NCBI GenBank assembly: GCA_001949185.1
Contig: BDGG01000009.1
Span: forward strand, 733,624 to 797,623
Origin: Ramazzottius varieornatus
Taxonomy: Eukaryota > Animalia > Tardigrada
Length of the DNA: 64,000 nt
Direction of reading: 5' to 3'
Shown here: positions 56,952 through 64,000 of the stretch, piece by piece
How the letters are laid out: every line of letters begins with the position of its first letter
How positions within the stretch are numbered: position 1 is the first letter of the stretch
Notes under the pieces: generated by a model
The model's input: the letters and a program-made list of their open reading frames with translations, nothing else
Database searches by the model: none
Told to the model about the DNA's origin: nothing
Position numbers and translations under genes: made by a program

Positions 56952-58813
56952 CTACGGTACAACGGTCAAAGAAAGGATGCCAATCGCTACTCCATGCACA
57001 AGGAGAAAACATATCCTCCAACATGGAGCAAAATCACAAAAAAGTCGAGTGCTGGGAAGATTTCTTGCTCGGTCGACGTCGTCGGAGAGTATGAGGTTCT
57101 CCGATGAAGTGCGGAAGGACAAGTTGGTATTCCGACGATTCCACGGCCATCTAGATTTCAGCACGTCAAGGAAGTTCCATTGACAGAGGTTGTTGAGAAA
57201 ACGAGGCAGTGGCAGCCGGAGGCACTCCATGAAATCCAAGAATGCCGCAATGCACAGTGCAACGAAAAGGCTGACAGGAGACCAACTCAGCAGGCGCACT
57301 GCGAATAGCAGGCTATACAGGCGTTGGCCGGAAGGAGAAGGAGAGCAACATCTTCCCTTACCTATTTTGACAGGTTCCTCGGAGTAAGGAACCACGTGCC
57401 ACATGAAGAGACCAAGGGCAAGGCCCCAAGCCAAGTTCAGCGTTGCATACAGAAACCGGAAGCTGGGATCGGCAATCACGAGTACCCCCACAGACATCAG
57501 CAGTAGCAGAACCGGTACGAAGGTTAAGGACCGAAGAAGAGGTGTGGAAACCCTCTGCACAGTGATGCAAAAACGGACGTTGTCGACCCCGTCCTGGAAC
57601 CCATAGCTGTGAGACAGCTCCGTCCGGCTGGTAACAAGCTTCCACTGCGCGGAGGTCGGCGAGAAACTTTCCAGCGATACATCACTCGAGCTGGGCGTTA
57701 ACTCAAATGTTGAACTATCTCGAGAAGCATGTCCTTTAAAGTAGGAAGAACGTCGACTTGCCTTCCGGCCATCAAATTTACAAGGAACAAGAAATGGAAC
57801 TCGGTAAACAACTCTATAAGAACCGTTTTTTCTAAGTGGCGCACATTCCCATGGTATCTGACCGAAAGGGTGCGTCACTTGGAAAAACAATCTTGCCGGG
57901 TCTGACTGCTCTCTCAAATGGCGTACGCTTTCAGTATTGCTGGATGAAAGGGTGCGCCACTCGGAAAAAAACGATCTGCTTGGTTCGCCGAGGTTCAAGA
58001 TACCGTATTTCGGAAGTGCATAAGCTCACCGAAAATGAAGACGCATTCATGTTGGTCGTTCGGCCAGGTAGTCAGTGACATATTGCAAGGTACCTCGAGG
58101 GAAGCTGCGGGTACCCACGTTACTTCCCCGCTGGAATAGACTACCGCCATGCTGCTACCGAAAATTTCGCTTGAGCGCACGCGATATCTACAAGAATGTT
58201 GCAACTGTACACATGCGGCACTTCATGAAGTTTGCAAGGTTCACCTGTTGAAAAGTATGACTTCCGGTATGTAGATGTCTTCTTGACTGAATGGCAGACT
58301 ACGCAGGTTGCTGTTCTCGGTCACGTTCCATTGGATACGACTGTCTGACCATTCCATCTTCATCCATGCAGTAATCAGAGCTCTTTGGTTCTTCGCATCC
58401 TAAGATAGAAAAGGGAAGACATGGACAAAGTTCATGGACACTTTAGAGAGCATTGTTAACAGCGTACCACTTCGACAATACCAGTCAGAACCATCTCCAT
58501 CCGTAGTAGGAACTTGACGGTGTCATTTCCGTTTGGCATGATGGCTTTGTCGTAGTTCTGCATCAGCTTTTCTCTGAGCTTTCTTTCGTCCAAGGACCTG
58601 TCTCGTCCCTGGAACAGAGTTCCTTGTTGATCCTCTAGAGCCGAAGATAAGGTTATAATCAACAGGGCCAGCTTCCTGTAGTTGACCTGAATAATTTTGT
58701 CAGATAAAATTTTCAGTCTTACCAGTCTCACCGCCTGCGGTTCCCACGAGCAGGATCACCAGAACGGTGATACCGAAAAGCATGCAAAACATCGTCGAGG
58801 AACAGCAATCCAT
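56952..58813 (-). CDS. Divergent Cys-loop ligand-gated ion channel subunit B
   Basis: ERKLREKLMQNYDKAIMP, MEWSDSRIQWN, IYIPEVILFN, SSGEVTWVP; Cys-loop CNMSLTTWPNDQHEC; four TM segments. The start codon is uncertain. Confidence 0.87.
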
Positions 58814-59287
58814 TGGAGAGAACAAATGGCAAATGGAGGACACAAATGAGAACATAAGATCGGCCAGATTCGAAAATGCGAGATGCGCAAAAGGAAGAAT
58901 GATAACATCAGTTCCAAAGGCCAGTATCACCAAAGTAAGGCAGGTGTTCAAACGGTCCCTTCATAGTCGAAACACTTTTACAAGTTTTGATTGAATGCAA
59001 TTTCTGTTCTGTACGCTACAAACATTTAGACCCTTTTCGTTTAATGACTAGGAATTGGGCATATACACCACACCGGGATTCATGGTCATCGTCAACCTTC
59101 TCACGGACATGAAGACGTCGAGGCCATTCATCATAAAAATTAAAAGTGGAAAAAAAGTCAGCTGGACGGAAATTTCTAAAACCAACAGTGTACGTTTCAA
59201 AGCTTTAACCTACGAAAATGGGTACCACTACCGTATCACGATGGGAATATACACAAGGCACAGATCTGACATACCGGAATGGAAAGA

Positions 59288-62200
59288 CTATCTCTTGAGA
59301 CGACTTTCACAGGCGTAATGCCTCAATCTTCTGTCGGCCGTCCGTACGAAAGCGCTGCAACAGGACAACGGTTTTATCTACACTTCCTTAACAGAGCCAG
59401 TCTTTTGCTTACGTTTTGCCGATCCTCTTGCGGCAGATATCACAGGTGTCTTCTTCACTGACGGTGAAGCTCTCGCCCTCCCAGTTGATCCTTCGAATTT
59501 GTACTTGTAGATACTCAGCATAGTGGAGGTTCTTCATCAGCTCCACCTGTCGTCGCCGTGATGTTAGCGCTTGTAAAGCCGTCCCCACAAAATCGGAAAT
59601 TTCCTTCAGTGGAACGGTGTAGGGGACCAGTTCCATAGCTTTGGCGTAGTCGATACAGTGACTGTACTTTCGAAGGATACGGAGAGCTTCCTCCAGCTTT
59701 CGTTCTGTCTTTGGTGGGTCCGTCAGGAGGACACCCAAGACACTGGGCTCTGGCGGTTTGACGTACGTCTTGAAGAGGAGATAATAGATCTGAGATGCGT
59801 CGCCACTCTTTGCGTCGTAAAACTGCTTACAGAATCTAAAAGCCAAAAGAAGAAAAGAATATGTTATCTTGATTCAAACATGTTATTAGTAAAATAATTG
59901 GTGATCCGGCAAACCAATCGTGCGAGATCGTATCTCAAGTTTTGCATCCTTTAAGCTGATAAAATGAAGATGTGTACCACATGAAATAACTTTTCTGTAC
60001 GTTTCGTTCGCCGACTTTCCCCCGAATTCTGTCTCCAGAAATAGTATCGAAAAGAATGGTTAGTGGGACCTACTTTTCGGCTTGCTCATCTTCTCTAAGT
60101 ACATGAACGTAAAGACCGAGAGCCTGCTCGAAGCGACCCATCTTCCCGAGAACAAGAGCTCTTTCTTCGAACATACCTGGAAAAAAAACGAGACCAAGCC
60201 TGAGTACCAACTTCGATACAAACTAAGAAAGGCCAAACATATTTCAGGCAAGATGAAGTGTGACCTACAGTTGAGGGGAAGGTGCGTCAGCAAGAGTGCC
60301 GGTTCGTAGAACTCGGACTGACTGAGAAAGACCTGCAGTTTCTTTCGGATCTGGAGTAGCTGTGGATCTTCCGCGTCTTGTTTGATGAGCCAGGCGGCTT
60401 CCTTGATGTACGCTTCACCGAGAGCCGTATGAAAGACTTCGCTTTTGTCATGCCACTTGTTGATGACATGCTCCAAGTACGGCACCAGCAGCTCCGGTGC
60501 CGACTTGCTCATGTAGTCGAATACTTTGTCACGTGGAATGGTATCCGAATCAGACAACTCATCCGTGAAGATCTACACAAAAACAACTAGCTTGAAGTTA
60601 ACCTACTCCTAAAACTTGCGGTAAAGGTGAGCGTACCAACAGGGCGTCTTCCGGTGAGGCTTTTATCACATATCGCACATACTGAAAGACGAGCTCCAGT
60701 TCGTCCTTGGCTATTTCTGTCAGGTATCGTGCCATCCGTTGGTGTCCGTTCAAGGTGGATTCTGGATTGTCCAGTTCTTTCCGAAGAAACTCCAGTGCTG
60801 CAGAGAAGGTAGGTGAATAAACCCATTCGGAAGCCCGGCATACAGACGCAAGCAAAACCGTTTTTCCAAGTGGCGCATGCTTTCGGTCAAAACCACTGAT
60901 AACATGCGCCAATTGATAAAAGGATCTGATCGACTTTGTTTGCCCAGCTCCCATTAAAAGTCAGCCAAAATGCATAGCGTATTGTACGACTTACCTTTCT
61001 TATGGTGACCCTTGTTTTTGTAGAGGATGATCAGCTCGTCAAAGCGCCGCGCTTTCCTCAGCGATCTTTCGCTTTCCTCAAAGTTGCAGTGGCTGTCGGA
61101 CAGCCGCAGTAAACTACTGGCTAACGCTGGGTTGGTGGCCAGGTAGCACTTGAGCAAGGTGGTATCGACGATCTGCATCTGATCCAGCGCTTTGGTGCTG
61201 TCTTCCGTCGCTGGGCTAGATGACCGAGACAGCTCCAGACTCAGTTTCTGACGCCACTACAAAACAATCAGAACAAAGTCTAGCCTAAACCGTAAGAACA
61301 ACGCGGCGTTGAACAGCAAAGGTGACTTACCTCTTTGAGATACTCGATGAGAGCCGACGTAGCATGTTCCAGTGCTCGCCCCGTAAGTTCAGGACACTTG
61401 CTGGGGTAAGTCATGGTACTTCTGACATTACTGGGAAGGAAGTCGGGAAACAGCCCTATAACTTGTGGTGGTTCTGTGCCCAGCTGAAAGAACAGGTTGA
61501 AGGCCCTGTCGTAGTGCCCTTCGCAGAACAACTGAAACGCTGCGAGGTTGCGAATACTTTGTAACCACTCGCTCTTCGTCACATCATTGGCGTTCGAGTA
61601 TTTCTGTAAAAATTTCAAAATAAACTGTAAATAAGACAATCTCACAACATACCCGGTTAAACCCGCGCACTTTACTACGAGGTATCCTGGCCAACTGCGC
61701 CAGTGATCACGGTAAATTGTCAGCGTCTGTAGTATTACTTACGGCGATGTTTTCTGCCAGCTCGAACTGTTTAGCGGAGACTAGTTTGTCGATGAGTTGA
61801 TTGGACTGAGCTTTCCGTAATGCCCAAACAGAAGTCACAGAGGCGATGTAGACGATACCCCTGTCGCTAGCTTCACAAATAATTCTAGCTTTACCGATGT
61901 CGACCTTCTGCACAGCTTCGCTGCCCTTCCCCGGTGCATAGTAAGGTCTGATTTCCACATGGTTGGGAAAGAGGGCTATCAGGAAAGGAGCGTCTTGTGC
62001 GAACTGGTTTGGCATGCCCGACCATATTAATGGGTCTCTCATGATGTTTCCTTCTTGATTGCTGAAGACGCACTTGTCATCCAGACCGAAAGCCAGACGT
62101 CCATCAGCGAGTAAGGCAATCTTGGGGTCTTGGTTCCGATCAATCGAGAAGAGCTTGTAGAAATCGCCGTTCAACTATACAGATTAAAAAACTGCTTATC

Positions 62201-63382
62201 CGTGCTAAGCTGAAATATCTTTGGACAAGTCGAAGTTTGGAACAGAAACAGACGTACTCCGCAAGATTGCCCCCACGCAGCGGCGCATGCTTTCCGTGTT
62301 ATTGGCTGGGAGCGTGCGCCACGTGGTAAAACGATCTCGTAGAGTTTTTGATCAAGTGGCGCACACTCTAGCAAAAAACATTTGGAAAGTGCGCCAGTTG
62401 GAGAAACAATCTTGTCGATTGTTCGTCGAGCTCCCAAATCATTCAGCATACTTTCATTCTTTGATATTCGCCAGCAACGTTGATGTATAGCGCTTCGTTG
62501 GCCCAAACAACGCACTTTGGACTTTCAGGCACCGCCAACTTGATATTCTGTGAGAGTACATATAGGAAGTCAATTGCAATGGCGAGAGAGGGAAGTATGA
62601 AGAGGACTTGCCGATGCTTCTTCGAACTTTCTTTCCCCGCCTTTCAAGTGAAAAACCTGTAAAATGTTTCTGCATGCAAACCAGATGTCTGTTCAACCTG
62701 TGGGAGGAGGTCTTACCAGTAAACGTTGTCGTACGACGACGCACATGGCGACTTTCGTTTCGTTCATCTTCAGAGGATCTCGGATGATGGACAAGGCGAA
62801 CAGAGTAGCTCCTCGCGTCTTGGATATGGAGTCCAAAACCGGAAAACTACCCGACTCCGTAGAGCTTAGATCGTGAATACTAATCACAGTGTCAGATAAA
62901 CTGACTATGATTTGGAATTCTTTGATGACGGCCAACTAGAGAAACGAAAGAATTCAACTCGTACTGTATATGACATAAGGTTTGTAATCGCACCTGCGAG
63001 ATTGGCTTTCGCGAGAAGTTCTTGCTGGACTTGACCAACGATACTTCCGCCTCTTCCGTTCCATCTGAAAACATAAAGGATACATCATTTCATATGTAGC
63101 ACGCTTTAATACGACAGACGTTTCGGACGCTGACTGCAGTTTCTAGTTGTACCTTTGTTGAATGTGCCGCGAAACTCGACTCTGTACATCAGTAGATGGC
63201 CTTCCTTTGTACCAACGAATATGTTATCATCTAGAACGGAAATATGTCAACGTGACATAGGCACGTCAGTATTAAAAGCATATTTTGGAGATAAGGATTA
63301 GGGACATACCGCTTGTGGCCAGTGTCTCAATCGCCAGTGGCAGTTTAGGCAGCACGTTGACGAGGGAGTAGACGTCCAGCAT
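59288..63382 (-). CDS. VPS39: Vam6/Vps39 HOPS subunit
   Basis: N-terminus MLDVYSLVNVLPKLPLAIETLA..VGTKEGHLLMY..KNFSRKPISQL (CNH domain). Further motifs: QIVDTTLLKCYL, ELIILYKNKGHHKKAL, YLEHVI, and C-terminal CDICRKRIGK|TAFVR..HYAC. Confidence 0.95.
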
Positions 63383-64000
63383 CTTGAAGCCAGTCCTGCC
63401 GTCCCCTCCTGGTATATTCAGCAGAATTCTGCAAGGTACATGCGCTGTCCGAGCAACTGAAACAAGGTTCTTCTGTCAGGCGGTCGCCACCGAAATCCTC
63501 CGAATATACCAGCAAAGGCAACCAAAATACGAATACAACATCCGACCGAAACCACAAAGGTCACCACCCTCCCCCAAGGGCCGGTTGGAATGATAAACCC
63601 GGGGTTTGGGTTTTTACGTCACTTCACGACACAGTAGGTAACGAGACACAGAGCTAATGGCGGCCAAAAACCTCTTCTGCTCATTTCTCCTATTTTCTTC
63701 GATCTCCATCCAAATCTCCATCTTCCAGACAATTTTAGATGACTGCTATTTGAACGACTGGATGGAGTGAGATGGGCAGTTCCGTTCGCCGTGCTGGGAC
63801 TTGAATCACGCCGAACTGGAGTGCGTCCCTGTGAAATACATGTCAACGGCTTGATTTGTCGAGCGTACCTGTTGAGCCTGTTCCATCAACTTCCACCTTT
63901 ATCCCGAGTTGAAGATTGCAGCCTTCAAAGCCGTGGCTAAGATCATGTCTGTTCGAGCACAACGTTCGGACTCCACATTCATCATAATATCTAGCCCTTC

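Overview
This is compact, gene-dense animal genomic DNA with short GT-AG introns, mostly about 50-70 nt. The phylum cannot be fixed from sequence alone. About 15 spliced genes can be reconstructed by hand: NEDD4 (C2-3xWW-HECT), FKRP, a DRAM/TMEM150-family protein, a probable TOG/HEAT protein, DHX15/Prp43, an MSP-domain tail-anchored protein, a WH-WH-double-PHD-SAM chromatin protein, XRCC4-like, Abitram, a myosin with a C-terminal SH2 domain, an orphan ORF, a CDH23/Cad87A/88C-type cadherin, MORN5, two very divergent Cys-loop receptor subunits, and VPS39. The most striking feature is non-coding. A ~120-bp palindromic element occurs at roughly 45 loci (hand count), as monomers, dimers and one trimer. 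It lies almost only in introns and in gaps between genes. Its inverted core CAAGTGGCGC...GCGCCACTTG is strongly conserved at a nearly fixed 28-29 nt spacing, while the spacer and outer arms drift. A second family with an unrelated core (ACCTGCATAC...GTATGCAGGT) has the same geometry. Six further non-autonomous TIR elements were found, several with 8-bp target-site duplications and one nested inside another. Most ORFs in the supplied track are spurious read-throughs. All exon boundaries and counts are manual estimates.
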